A stretch of DNA of 64,000 bases from an uncultured Candidatus Saccharibacteria bacterium. Lineage in GTDB: Bacteria > Patescibacteriota > Minisyncoccia > CAIUEV01 > JAHKAQ01. The stretch lies in assembly GCA_964598205.1 (NCBI GenBank), contig CAZRBB010000001.1, forward strand, positions 92,199 to 156,198. The letters are read 5' to 3'. The translations under genes and the position numbers were made by a program. Below the pieces are notes generated by a model. It saw only the letters and a program-made list of their open reading frames with translations, was not told the origin of the DNA and did no database searches. This document shows, one piece after another, positions 7,388 to 16,973 of the stretch; position 1 is the stretch's first letter; each line of letters opens with the position of its first letter.

Positions 7388-7475
7388 ACTTTAAGCCACT
7401 ACTTTTAATTTTCATATCTTTTTTAGTTGAGTAATTTCCAGAAATCTTTAGAATAGGGAAAGATTAAACTTATTC

Positions 7476-9104
7476 ATGGATCAAGCCATTCCCGTTTCTT
7501 TGCCGATCGAAAATTTCTTAAAGGTGGTGGAATCAGAAGCCATTAGACTTAAAAGTCTTCCTAAGACTAGTGCCTTTGGTGCTGGGAAGGAAGCTGATCA
7601 GATTGCCTTTTGGTACGAAAAAATCCGAATGGCGATTGACTACCGGGAGGAGCATCTTCTAAGAAGAACGGCTTCTAGAAGAATCTTAAAAAGAATTTTT
7701 ATTTTAGAAGGTCGAAAAAAGGAAGTGGCTGATTTGCTTTTGCGAGAGTTAATGATGGGGGGCTATGTGAAGAAAAGTGATCTCACTGAAGAAAAATTCG
7801 TCCGTATTAATCAAGCGCTTAATAAATATACTTATGCACTATCCTCTACTTACCGAGAAAATTTTTGGAAAGACAGTGATAAGGGATCAGAAATAAGAAG
7901 ATGGCTAATTACTTTGGCCTCCTTTGAAGTAGAAGAGATTTTATATCCTTTTTATGAACGAAGAGCCTTAATAGATGGCATGTATCAATTAATTGCGTCT
8001 AGGGTAGATACTGGAGTTTTTGCCATTCCCGAAAAAAAGAAAAATCTGCAAACTTATATTGCCATTTACCGAAGCTTAGCTCGTGCCGATCGGGCCATGG
8101 TGACTAGCGAAATTTTTAGGATCTATTTCCCCGATTGGTTTACCAATCCTTCTCAAAAAAGAGTGGCTGAAATAATGAAGAATGCCACTAAGATTATTCC
8201 TATAGTTAAATCCCAGGCGACCGATATTCTTTCTAGTCGAATTTTTTACGCCGTTAAAAGACAAACCCTCTACGCTCATATTTTTTACGAAGTGATTATG
8301 GAAAATCCAGAAGACGCTCGGGGAGTTGTTGCTCAGGAGTATATTCTGCGGGAATTTGTGAAGAAGAAAATGGAAGAGGAGTATGAGAGGTCTCAAAACA
8401 AATTAAGAAAAAGAATCCAACGCGGTATTATTTATATTTTCTTAACCAAAATGCTCCTAGCTCTTTTTATAGAGATTCCTTTTGAAAAATATTTTGGGGA
8501 GGGAATTAATTTCTTGGCCTTAGGAATCAATATCCTTTTTCCTCCAGCTTTTATGGTATTCTTGGCGCTTTCTGCTAAAATTCCTGGAGAAGAAAACACA
8601 GAAGCGATTGTTCAAGGGATTAAGAGATTAGTTTATAATGATCCAGCTAAAGACGAAATCGAAAAAATTTCTGTTTATCCCTTAGCTCAAGCCGGACTTT
8701 CTGAAAAAACATTAGACGCTCTTTACTTTATTATTTTTTCCTTGGTTTTTGGTGTGTTAATTTGGCTTCTCTATTTCTTTAACTTTGACTATGTTAGTGG
8801 TGCTATTTTCCTAATCTTCATGGCCACGGTGAGTTTCTTTGGTGCGCTAATTCGCCAATCTATTCGCGACCTAATAGTGATCAAAGAAAAAGAAGGGATG
8901 GGCAGTCTTCTTTTTGATACCTTACTTTTACCTTTTGTGCGTTTTGGTCGTTGGCTTTCTACTAATTTTTCCAAGATCAATGTCTTTATGTTTCTCTTAG
9001 ATGTAGTTATAGAAGCCCCCTTTAAATTAATTATTCGACTCTTTGAATCTTGGGTTGGTTTTTTAAAAAGAAAAAGAGAAGAAGTAGACCAGCAGTTTGG
9101 ATAA
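7476..9104 (+). CDS. Conserved-type hypothetical membrane protein, 542 aa
   Basis: YEKIRMAIDYREEHLLRR N-terminal motif, C-terminal TM helices; resembles a protein type common in CPR (recollection). Confidence 0.8.
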   Translation: MDQAIPVSLPIENFLKVVESEAIRLKSLPKTSAFGAGKEADQIAFWYEKIRMAIDYREEHLLRRTASRRILKRIFILEGRKKEVADLLLRELMMGGYVKKSDLTEEKFVRINQALNKYTYALSSTYRENFWKDSDKGSEIRRWLITLASFEVEEILYPFYERRALIDGMYQLIASRVDTGVFAIPEKKKNLQTYIAIYRSLARADRAMVTSEIFRIYFPDWFTNPSQKRVAEIMKNATKIIPIVKSQATDILSSRIFYAVKRQTLYAHIFYEVIMENPEDARGVVAQEYILREFVKKKMEEEYERSQNKLRKRIQRGIIYIFLTKMLLALFIEIPFEKYFGEGINFLALGINILFPPAFMVFLALSAKIPGEENTEAIVQGIKRLVYNDPAKDEIEKISVYPLAQAGLSEKTLDALYFIIFSLVFGVLIWLLYFFNFDYVSGAIFLIFMATVSFFGALIRQSIRDLIVIKEKEGMGSLLFDTLLLPFVRFGRWLSTNFSKINVFMFLLDVVIEAPFKLIIRLFESWVGFLKRKREEVDQQFG

Positions 9105-9170
9105 CATTTGACTCTTTATAGCTGATGATATAAAGTTTTTAAATGTCTTCTTATTAAGTAATCAAGTCCA

Positions 9171-9332
9171 ATGGGGAGGATTCAAGATCATATTATAAAG
9201 TTAAAATGTCGCGATTGCGGAAAGCTAAGTCATTTTACTAAGAAAAATAAGAAAAAACTTAAAGAAAAGTTAGAGCTAAAAAAGCACTGTCCTTTTTGCC
9301 GAAAACACACCACACACCTTGAATCCAAATAA
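9171..9332 (+). CDS. rpmG: 50S ribosomal protein L33 (missing from the ORF track)
   Basis: MGRIQDHIIKLKCRDCGKLSHFTKKNKKKLKEKLELKKHCPFCRKHTTHLESK. Confidence 0.95.
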   Translation: MGRIQDHIIKLKCRDCGKLSHFTKKNKKKLKEKLELKKHCPFCRKHTTHLESK

Positions 9333-9361
9333 AAACAGATTAAAAACTTAAATAATTACCT

Positions 9362-9703
9362 ATGAAGATTAAGCTAAATAAAGAAAAGAAGGACTACTCT
9401 TTGTTCATTTACTATTCCTTTATTTTTTTACTGAGTTTTTTGACCGGATATCAATTAAAGCTAATCTCCTCCCGCTACCTTACTGTGGGTTTTGAAGACC
9501 GCTTACTTAAGACTGCCAAAAGCGATTACAATTTTAAAGAAGTGGAGAAAAAAATAGAAGAAATGAAGAAAAAAGCGGAAAAAGACGCCGCAGAAGCCCA
9601 AAAAAATGCAGCGGTTAATCCGGATCAAGCCACTGGTCAACCAGGATCGGCAAGCGCACCGGCTACTCCAGTTCAAACTGGAGGTTCTTGTAGCAGTCAA
9701 TAA
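9362..9703 (+). CDS. Hypothetical single-TM protein
   Basis: N-terminal TM, low-complexity tail ending GGSCSSQ. Confidence 0.7.
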   Translation: MKIKLNKEKKDYSLFIYYSFIFLLSFLTGYQLKLISSRYLTVGFEDRLLKTAKSDYNFKEVEKKIEEMKKKAEKDAAEAQKNAAVNPDQATGQPGSASAPATPVQTGGSCSSQ

Positions 9704-9745
9704 TCAAAATTGAATTTAATTCAAGAATTTTAATTTCAAACATCT

Positions 9746-10864
9746 ATGCACGAATCAAAGGAAAAATCTAAAAAACACGAAGAAGAAATAGAGTCCAAAG
9801 AAGAAGTCGCAGAAGACAGTCCGAAATCCAAAAAGATGAATAAGCAAAACATGGTTGCTGCCTTAATTGTCCTTTCTGGTCTTTTTGTGGGCAGTCTTTT
9901 TGTAGATGCAGCGCAGATGGTAAGAGGTGAGGGGATTTCGTTGCGGAAACTAAAAGACAAAGATGTCTTTACGGCTCAAAACAAAACTTGGGTAGCTTAC
10001 AGCGATCCAATTGTTACCATGACTGTTTTGAGTAGCGATAGTTGTGAAAATTGCCAAGTAGAACCAATTATTGACGCGGTTAAAAAAACTTCCATTCCTA
10101 CTCTAAATGTTAAAAAGGTGTCTTCCGATAGCGAAGAAGGCAAGGCACTTGTTAAAAAGTTCGGTCTAAAAGCGATTCCTTCTTTTATTTTTGATGCCAA
10201 AATTAAAGACTTAGCTTTTTTTGAACAAGCCAAATCAGCGCTTACAGAAAAAGAAGGCTCCTTTGTGCTAGAAAATAGTTTGGCAGGGATTCCTTACGGA
10301 AAATATTTAACAGTACCCGAGGCTGATCCAGCCGTCGGAATTTTAGGCAATAAAGACGCTCAAGTTAAAGTCGTGATTTTTGGAGATTTTCAATGTCCTT
10401 ATTCCAAGCAGTTCGCCGACTCTTTTGACAAAGTTTTTCCAGAATTTAAAGATAAAATTCAAGTTTCTTTCCGCCAATTTCCACTATCTTCCATTCATTC
10501 ACAGGCCGAAAAAGCAGGGCTGGCAAGCTTATGTGCTAACGAACAAGGTAAATTTTGGGAAATGTACCATGGACTTTTTGCTAACCAAAAAGATCTCAGC
10601 ACAGCAGGGAAAGAAGACGCTCTGTTCACTAAATTGGCAAAGGACAATGGCCTAAATCAGGCCCAGTTCGCCAGTTGTTTAAAAGACGAAAAATATAAAT
10701 CAGCAGTTTTAGCCGATGAAGCATTAGCTAAAGAGTTCGCTCTGTCTGGAACACCAGCCGCTTTTGTGGGTAGTCAATTTATTGGTGGGGTAGTAGACGA
10801 AGCAAAGATCAAAGAAATCATTGAAACAGAATTGGGAATTAAGAAAGAAGATCCAAAAAAATAA
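9746..10864 (+). CDS. Membrane-anchored DsbA/thioredoxin-fold protein
   Basis: CENC domain plus FGDFQCPYS, FRQFPL..IH, CANEQGKFW, GTP. Confidence 0.9.
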   Translation: MHESKEKSKKHEEEIESKEEVAEDSPKSKKMNKQNMVAALIVLSGLFVGSLFVDAAQMVRGEGISLRKLKDKDVFTAQNKTWVAYSDPIVTMTVLSSDSCENCQVEPIIDAVKKTSIPTLNVKKVSSDSEEGKALVKKFGLKAIPSFIFDAKIKDLAFFEQAKSALTEKEGSFVLENSLAGIPYGKYLTVPEADPAVGILGNKDAQVKVVIFGDFQCPYSKQFADSFDKVFPEFKDKIQVSFRQFPLSSIHSQAEKAGLASLCANEQGKFWEMYHGLFANQKDLSTAGKEDALFTKLAKDNGLNQAQFASCLKDEKYKSAVLADEALAKEFALSGTPAAFVGSQFIGGVVDEAKIKEIIETELGIKKEDPKK

Positions 10865-10895
10865 AAAGCAAAAGCTGATCTAGTTAAAGACTTTT

Positions 10896-10924
10896 AAAGA
10901 CCCGGTTTTTTCCGGGTCTTTTTT
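10896..10924 (+). terminator. Rho-independent terminator
   Basis: AAAGACCCGG-TTTTTT-CCGGGTCTTTTTT. Confidence 0.8.
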
Positions 10925-10975
10925 GTCTTTCATGACTGATGGTTGTATAATCCAGGAAAAGTTTATAATGAATTT

Positions 10976-11542
10976 ATGTTTCAAGCGATTATTCATGGTC
11001 GGGGCGGACAAGGGGCTAAAACAATGGCCCAGTTATTAGCCGAGGCGGCGATCAAAAGTGGTCGGTTTGCTCAGGCTTATCCAGAATTTGGTCCAGAAAG
11101 AACGGGTGCCCCGGTTAGGGCTTTTTTAAGAATTAGCGCTGAGCCTATTCTAACCAAGCAACCAATCGCTGATCCCAGTCTAATTGTTGTTCTAGATGAG
11201 TCTTTGCTTTTTTTACCGCAAACATTAGAGAATCATTCTAAAGAAAAAGAAACTATCCTGCTTATCAATACGGCCAAAGAGGAATCAGAAATTAGAAAAG
11301 AGCTTAGAAAAAAATCATTCCTAGGAAGAGTTTATACTGTTGATGCCAAGGAGATTGCCTTTAATTTGGGAGAGCGGGTTCATTTTTCTGCTCCAGTAAT
11401 GGGGAGAATTGTTAAATTAACCGAACAAATATCGCTTTCCGACCTAAAGAGGCATTACGAAAAGAAATTCACTCAAAAATTAGGAGAGGATCTTTTGGAA
11501 AATAATCTAAAGGCCATGGAAGAAGGATATTACGGGCTTTAA
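10976..11542 (+). CDS. porC: Pyruvate:ferredoxin oxidoreductase gamma subunit
   Basis: HGRGGQGAKT, FGPERTGAPV. Confidence 0.92.
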   Translation: MFQAIIHGRGGQGAKTMAQLLAEAAIKSGRFAQAYPEFGPERTGAPVRAFLRISAEPILTKQPIADPSLIVVLDESLLFLPQTLENHSKEKETILLINTAKEESEIRKELRKKSFLGRVYTVDAKEIAFNLGERVHFSAPVMGRIVKLTEQISLSDLKRHYEKKFTQKLGEDLLENNLKAMEEGYYGL

Positions 11543-11550
11543 TTAAACAT

Positions 11551-11817
11551 ATGACACTAAAATCTTGGAAAGAAATTCCTATTGGTGGATTAATTACAAA
11601 ACAGGGGAGTTCCCAAAATAATAAAACTGGTTCTTGGAAGCAGAAAAAGCCAGTGATTTCCTTGAATGACTGTATTAAATGTGGCCGTTGCGTTTCGGCT
11701 TGCCCAGAGCGCTCTATTAAATTAGAAGATAAAAAAATAGAAATCAATTACGATTATTGCAAGGGTTGTGGCCTTTGCGTTAATGAATGTCCTAAAAAAG
11801 CGATTAAACTTATTTAA
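11551..11817 (+). CDS. porD: PFOR delta subunit (2x4Fe-4S)
   Basis: KTGSW, CIKCGRC...CP, YDYCKGCGLC...CP. Confidence 0.93.
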   Translation: MTLKSWKEIPIGGLITKQGSSQNNKTGSWKQKKPVISLNDCIKCGRCVSACPERSIKLEDKKIEINYDYCKGCGLCVNECPKKAIKLI

Positions 11818-12993
11818 ATGTTTTCTAAAAAATCAAAATATCAGGCATTAACAGGGGCAGAAGCGGCGGCAGAAGCCATGCGCCAAATCAATCCAGAAGT
11901 AGTACCGGTTTATCCGATTACACCTCAGACTCCGATTGTGGAAAGATTCGCCAAGTTCAAGGCGGATGGTAGGGTGAACACAGAAGTAGTAACGGCCGAA
12001 AGCGAGCACTCGGTAATGAGCATTGCAGTTGGTGCCGCCGCCGCCGGAGCCAGAGTGGTAACGGCATCTTCTTCGGCCGGATTAGCTTTAATGTACGAAA
12101 TCTTGGGTGTTGCTTCCGGGTTGCGTCTTCCAATTTTAATGAACATTGCTAACCGGGCGCTTTCTTCTCCTATTAATATTCATTGTGATCATTCCGATTC
12201 CATGGGGGTTCGTGATTCTGGCTGGATTCAGATTTATTCAGAAAATCCCCAAGAAGTTTACGATCACAATCTTTTGGCATTGATGCTTGCCGAGGCGGCA
12301 ATTTTGCCAGCAATGGTAATGCAGGACGGATTCATTACTTCTCACTCGGTAGAAAATGTGGAGTTGTTGCCAGACGCCAAGGTAACCAGTCTTTTAGGAA
12401 ATTATCGGCCAGCTTTTTCTCTTTTGGATGCAGATAATCCAATCACTGTTGGTGCTTTGCAACTTACCGATTATTATTTTGAAACCAAGCGCCAACAAGT
12501 AGAAGCAATGCGGGCCGCTGCTGTGCTTTACAAAGAAACGGCCTTGGCCCTGTCAGCGCTAACCAAAAGAGAATATCCTAAAATAGAAAAGTTTAATCAA
12601 AAGGGGGCCAAGCGGGCAGTAATTGTGATGAGTTCCACGGCAGGAACGGCCAAAGCGGCTGCTCTTCGATTCTTAGAAGAAACTGGAGAAAAAGTAGCTG
12701 TTTTAAAAATTAGACTTTTTCTTCCTTTCCCTAAAAAAGAATTACAAGAGGCAGTAAAGGGATTAAAAAGAGTAGCTGTTTTGGATCGGGCACTTTCCTT
12801 TGGCTCAGGAGCGCCTCTATTAAAGGAAGTAAAAAACGCTCTCTTTGATCTTCCCAAAAGACCAGAGGTTACAAGCTATGTTTTTGGCTTAGGAGGGAGA
12901 GAGATTTTTGAAGACAATATTATTTCTGTTTTTAAAGATCTAGGTAAAAATTCAAAAACCAACAAAGAAAATTATATTGGCCTAAGAGAATAA
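11818..12993 (+). CDS. porA: PFOR alpha subunit
   Basis: YPITPQT, ESEHS, DHSD, GLGGR. Confidence 0.95.
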   Translation: MFSKKSKYQALTGAEAAAEAMRQINPEVVPVYPITPQTPIVERFAKFKADGRVNTEVVTAESEHSVMSIAVGAAAAGARVVTASSSAGLALMYEILGVASGLRLPILMNIANRALSSPINIHCDHSDSMGVRDSGWIQIYSENPQEVYDHNLLALMLAEAAILPAMVMQDGFITSHSVENVELLPDAKVTSLLGNYRPAFSLLDADNPITVGALQLTDYYFETKRQQVEAMRAAAVLYKETALALSALTKREYPKIEKFNQKGAKRAVIVMSSTAGTAKAAALRFLEETGEKVAVLKIRLFLPFPKKELQEAVKGLKRVAVLDRALSFGSGAPLLKEVKNALFDLPKRPEVTSYVFGLGGREIFEDNIISVFKDLGKNSKTNKENYIGLRE

Positions 12994-13004
12994 TTTTTTA
13001 TTTT

Positions 13005-13940
13005 ATGACTTCCCAAGATAAAATTCAAAAAAAAGAAAGCCCTTTGGCTCCTGGTCACCGAACTTGCGCCGGCTGCCCAGCTCCCATGATTGCCAGAGAG
13101 GTCTTAGAAGCTGTTGGAAGTCCGGTAGTAGTAGCCGCCGCCACTGGTTGTTTGGAAGTAGCCACCACTATTTACCCGGAAACTAGCTGGCGGGTGCCTT
13201 TTATTCATTCCGCCTTCGAAAATGTTGCCGCTACTATTTCTGGTGTGGAAGCTGCTTATAATGCCTTTCTTAGAAAAGGAGATTCAATGGGAAAGCTAAA
13301 TCTTAAAAAAGACTTTAAGTTTATTGCCATTGGTGGTGATGGTGGAACTTACGACATTGGTCTCCAAAGTCTTTCTGGGGCTCTAGAAAGAGGGCACGAC
13401 TTTCTTTACATTTGTTACAACAACGAAGGCTATATGAATACTGGCGGTCAACGGTCTGGGGCTACTACCAAGGGATCCGGCACTACTACTACTCCCTTTG
13501 GAGAAAAAAGCAGTGGTAAAATTCAGTTTAGAAAAAATTTAATGGAAATTGTTGCCGCTCACAATATTCCTTATTGTGCTCAGGCCAGTATTTTTGATCG
13601 ACTGGATTTAAAAAGAAAAGTAGAGAAGGCCCTTTCCCTAAAGGGTCCAAAATTTATTAATGTACTTTCTCCTTGTCCAACGGTTTGGAAATTTCCACCG
13701 GCCGAACTAAAAACAGTCCTTAAGCTAGCGCTCGATTCCCGTTTTTGGCCAATCTATGAAATAGAAAACGGAAAATACCGGATCAATTATCGACCCCAAG
13801 AAGCTGCTCATCTAGAAGATTTCCTAAAAACTCAAGGAAGATTTTCTCATCTCTTTAAAAATCAATCTGGCATGCGCGTTATAGAAGAACTCAAGCGAAG
13901 AATTGATTTAGAATGGGGCGCAATTGAATCAAGAAATTGA
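13005..13940 (+). CDS. porB: PFOR beta subunit (TPP-binding)
   Basis: GHRTCAGC, GGDGGTYDIG, NEGYMNTGGQRS. Confidence 0.95.
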   Translation: MTSQDKIQKKESPLAPGHRTCAGCPAPMIAREVLEAVGSPVVVAAATGCLEVATTIYPETSWRVPFIHSAFENVAATISGVEAAYNAFLRKGDSMGKLNLKKDFKFIAIGGDGGTYDIGLQSLSGALERGHDFLYICYNNEGYMNTGGQRSGATTKGSGTTTTPFGEKSSGKIQFRKNLMEIVAAHNIPYCAQASIFDRLDLKRKVEKALSLKGPKFINVLSPCPTVWKFPPAELKTVLKLALDSRFWPIYEIENGKYRINYRPQEAAHLEDFLKTQGRFSHLFKNQSGMRVIEELKRRIDLEWGAIESRN

Positions 13941-14893
13941 AAATTAAAACTCCTAAAAATCCTTTTTCCAAAATGAGACTGTACCTAACAGAAGTCTGTA
14001 ATCAGAACTGTTCTTTTTGTTTTAACAAAGAAAACAGAAGAAAGAAGGAAATGGATTTTCAAAAATTAAAGAAAGCGCTTAACTGGCTCAAAGAAAATAA
14101 TTATCCTCGAATAAATATTATGGGAGGAGAGCCATTGCTTTACTCCCGTTTTGAAGATTTTTTTATTGAAGCTCAAAAAAAAGAATTTCATTTAACCCTT
14201 ATTACGAACGGAACAATAGCTTTTCCTAAGAGATTGAATCCCAGAGAAGGGGACGCTGTTCTTTTTAATGCTAGCTTCCTAGATCATCCTTTATTTCTAA
14301 AAAACCTAGCTGGTTTTTCCTCTAAATTTTCTGCTTTAGGTTTTAGCCCAGTACTGGTTAATGATTGTAAAATAGATCAACTATTATCCAAGGTAGAAAA
14401 ATTTTTAGTTTTTACTGGGAAAAATGGGATTCCTAAACAAAAGATTAGCTTTACTCTTTCCCTAGATTGCAGGGCTAATATTTTTAAAGAAAAGAAAAAA
14501 CTAAATGCTGATCTCTTAAAAATAGTGGAATTTTTTTCTAAAAATAAAATTAGTTTTAGTTCTGACCATTCAGTACCGCTTTGTTTTTTTGAACCACGAT
14601 CAAGACTAATCCTAAAAAAGAACAGAGTATTTTCTCACCATCAATGCCACCAACAGAGCGCAGGCGTATTAGATGCAGATTTTCGGTTTGGATTTTGCTC
14701 GGTTTATCCTGGAAAAAGATTTCCATTGTTCAAGAAAAACGGAGAGGCAATTTCCTTTTCTGATTATCAAAAGAAGATTGAGGCGATTTTTAAAGAAAAG
14801 ATTGAATCAAAAAAGGAATCTCTTTGCTCTCAATGTTCCGAGTGGGGAGAAAAGTGCAATGGTGGTTGTTTCCCTAATGCCCAAAAAGTGTAG
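13937..14893 (+). CDS. Radical SAM/SPASM protein
   Basis: CNQNCSFC, GGEP, C-terminal CSQC...CNGGC; TTG start overlaps porB TGA. Confidence 0.88.
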   Translation: MKIKTPKNPFSKMRLYLTEVCNQNCSFCFNKENRRKKEMDFQKLKKALNWLKENNYPRINIMGGEPLLYSRFEDFFIEAQKKEFHLTLITNGTIAFPKRLNPREGDAVLFNASFLDHPLFLKNLAGFSSKFSALGFSPVLVNDCKIDQLLSKVEKFLVFTGKNGIPKQKISFTLSLDCRANIFKEKKKLNADLLKIVEFFSKNKISFSSDHSVPLCFFEPRSRLILKKNRVFSHHQCHQQSAGVLDADFRFGFCSVYPGKRFPLFKKNGEAISFSDYQKKIEAIFKEKIESKKESLCSQCSEWGEKCNGGCFPNAQKV

Positions 14894-15018
14894 CCCGTTT
14901 TTAGTATCAAAAAATAGCCCTTTGTTTTTTATGGAAAAAATTATATAATCAAAAACAAATCAATCTTTTAGCGATTTTAATAAAAAGCGATTTTAATAAA
15001 AAAAATAAAATTAAAAAA

Positions 15019-16569
15019 ATGAGTAGGAAAAATTTTTCTCTATTAGGAATCTCTTTTTTATTTTGTTTTTTATATTTTACTAATACTGCCAAAGCCGCTT
15101 GTGGCGGAGCTTTACCGTCTTCTTCTTGCGATGATAGCGGTCATACTCTAAGCACTGGTGCTAGTCCTTGGCCAAGAGCGGCCACTCTTTCTAATAGTTC
15201 TGGTTTCGGTAATTGTATCGGAGATAGCTGCACTGCTACCTCTTGTACAACCTCGGGCTCTGTGACTTCTGCTTTTGGGGCAATCGGAATGAGTTCTTCG
15301 GCCGTTGGTCCTTCAAGAATTCTTTCTTGGACTTGTTCGGCCACTGCCTGTAATTGTCCAGCTGGTGACTCTCACTATGCTTGTTGGTGTACGGATTATG
15401 ATGCCAATTCTGGTTATCCTAGCTGTAGTGCTTCTAGCAGCATAGCGACTTTTTCAGACACTGCATCTAGCCCCATTTATAATTTGCCGGTTTCCGTTAT
15501 TAGTGGCAATTGGAACTACTGTGGTCCCGAAAATCCTTCAATCACCAATCCTATTAATCCGTTACCAGCAGGAGATCCCCGAACAAGATCAAACGCTTGT
15601 TCTTGGACTGCTCGACCAGCGGGAAATTGTGGCAGTATTCAAGCAATCGATTACAATATTTCTGATGGAACAAAGACCTTTGCTTGCGTCAGTCGAGATA
15701 TGGACGGAGGTTACGACAACTACAGTTACAGCTTTAAGATGAAGGAAATAGGTTCAGCCAATCCAGAAATCGAATGTCTTGCTGGGGCCTGGAATAATAC
15801 CTCTGGTGGTTATTGTCGAAAAACAGGTCCTGGTACTAATCAAGTTTATTTCCGCTCTACCGATCCTCGTGCACAATATCAAATGACCTGCACTGTTAGC
15901 GACGGCGTTGGATCTACTGACTACTCTTATAATTTAATTAGAGTTGGCTCTGCTGATGCTGTTAGCTGTGCCATGTATCCTTCCAAGATAGCTGTTTGTT
16001 CTGGGGAATCGGTTTCGGTAACCACAGAAACCCAACCAGAAGCAGCTACTGTTTCTTGGACTTGTCCAACTTGCCCTAGTAGTCCTTCGGGAGTCACTAA
16101 AGGCTTTAATTTGAACTTTGCCACCGCTTCGGCAGGATCTAAGTCCGTTAACATGATGGTTACCAGCGGTGCTGATACTGGAGCTTGCACTACTGCCGTT
16201 AATGTTCTTAATTCTTCTTGCGACGCCCAAGTAGCAGCGGTAGCCCCAGCAACCCTAGGCAGCTTGATTCCTGGATCCCAAGTCACAATTACCGCCGATC
16301 GTTCTTGTTTTTCAGCGGCTGCAGGTACCCCTTACTTGTTTAGTATTACAAAAAACGGAGCAGCGGCAGTTAAAAGCACGGATTATCGCGATATTGCTGG
16401 AACCACTGGGGCACAACAAGCAGCTTCTTCTGTAACCATTGAAATTATTCTACCCGGTCAATATGGTGTGAATTTAACAATTCAAAAAGATGATGGTGGT
16501 ACTGTGAGTTGTAGCAATGAATTCTTAGCCAACACCGAAGCTACTGAATGGTGGGAAAGAAGGCCCTAA
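15019..16569 (+). CDS. Secreted Cys/Ser/Thr-rich surface protein
   Basis: Signal peptide ending AKA; 27 Cys; beta-rich Ig/PKD-like C-terminal half; ends WWERRP. Confidence 0.8.
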   Translation: MSRKNFSLLGISFLFCFLYFTNTAKAACGGALPSSSCDDSGHTLSTGASPWPRAATLSNSSGFGNCIGDSCTATSCTTSGSVTSAFGAIGMSSSAVGPSRILSWTCSATACNCPAGDSHYACWCTDYDANSGYPSCSASSSIATFSDTASSPIYNLPVSVISGNWNYCGPENPSITNPINPLPAGDPRTRSNACSWTARPAGNCGSIQAIDYNISDGTKTFACVSRDMDGGYDNYSYSFKMKEIGSANPEIECLAGAWNNTSGGYCRKTGPGTNQVYFRSTDPRAQYQMTCTVSDGVGSTDYSYNLIRVGSADAVSCAMYPSKIAVCSGESVSVTTETQPEAATVSWTCPTCPSSPSGVTKGFNLNFATASAGSKSVNMMVTSGADTGACTTAVNVLNSSCDAQVAAVAPATLGSLIPGSQVTITADRSCFSAAAGTPYLFSITKNGAAAVKSTDYRDIAGTTGAQQAASSVTIEIILPGQYGVNLTIQKDDGGTVSCSNEFLANTEATEWWERRP

Positions 16570-16577
16570 TATAGGTC

Positions 16578-16606
16578 TTGACCAATTCCTATCAAATTGC
16601 TAGCAT
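16578..16606 (+). promoter_or_regulatory. Sigma70-like promoter
   Basis: TTGACC, 17 nt, TAGCAT with TG extension. Confidence 0.6.
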
Positions 16607-16628
16607 TTCCGCGTAGTTATAAAAAAAG

Positions 16629-16798
16629 ATGCAAAATAACCATCGCCCAAATTTACCAAAGACCGCCCTCTATTTATGGATTGTCTTTATTGTATTGTTT
16701 GGACTCGATTCGGGCGGTAGTTGCAAGTTCTCCTCCGTATAAGGAAAGCATCAAAAGAGATTACAACCGCCGCCCGGATTAAACCCCGGGCGGTTTTT
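16629..16798 (+). promoter_or_regulatory. Putative attenuator: 37-aa leader ORF (16629-16742) and terminator with alternative pairings
   Basis: ACCGCCC 16662, CGGGCGGT 16711, CCGCCCGG 16770, CCGGGCGG-TTTTT 16786. Confidence 0.5.
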
Positions 16799-16806
16799 GT
16801 TATATA

Positions 16807-16866
16807 AGGATTTACGCGCTTAGCGCGCATTTTTTGGTCAAAACCTGCGTTAAGCGCGTAAGTCCT
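16807..16866. repeat. 20-bp-arm palindrome
   Basis: AGGATTTACGCGCTTAGCGC ... GCGTTAAGCGCGTAAGTCCT. Confidence 0.8.
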
Positions 16867-16973
16867 AAAGCAGAACTTTACAAACAGTGTTTTTTCTCAG
16901 GGCAATTGAGCTTTGGGAAACAAAAACGCTTTTAGGTTGTTAAAAACGAGTAAAAACGAGGGAGGTCAGTACA

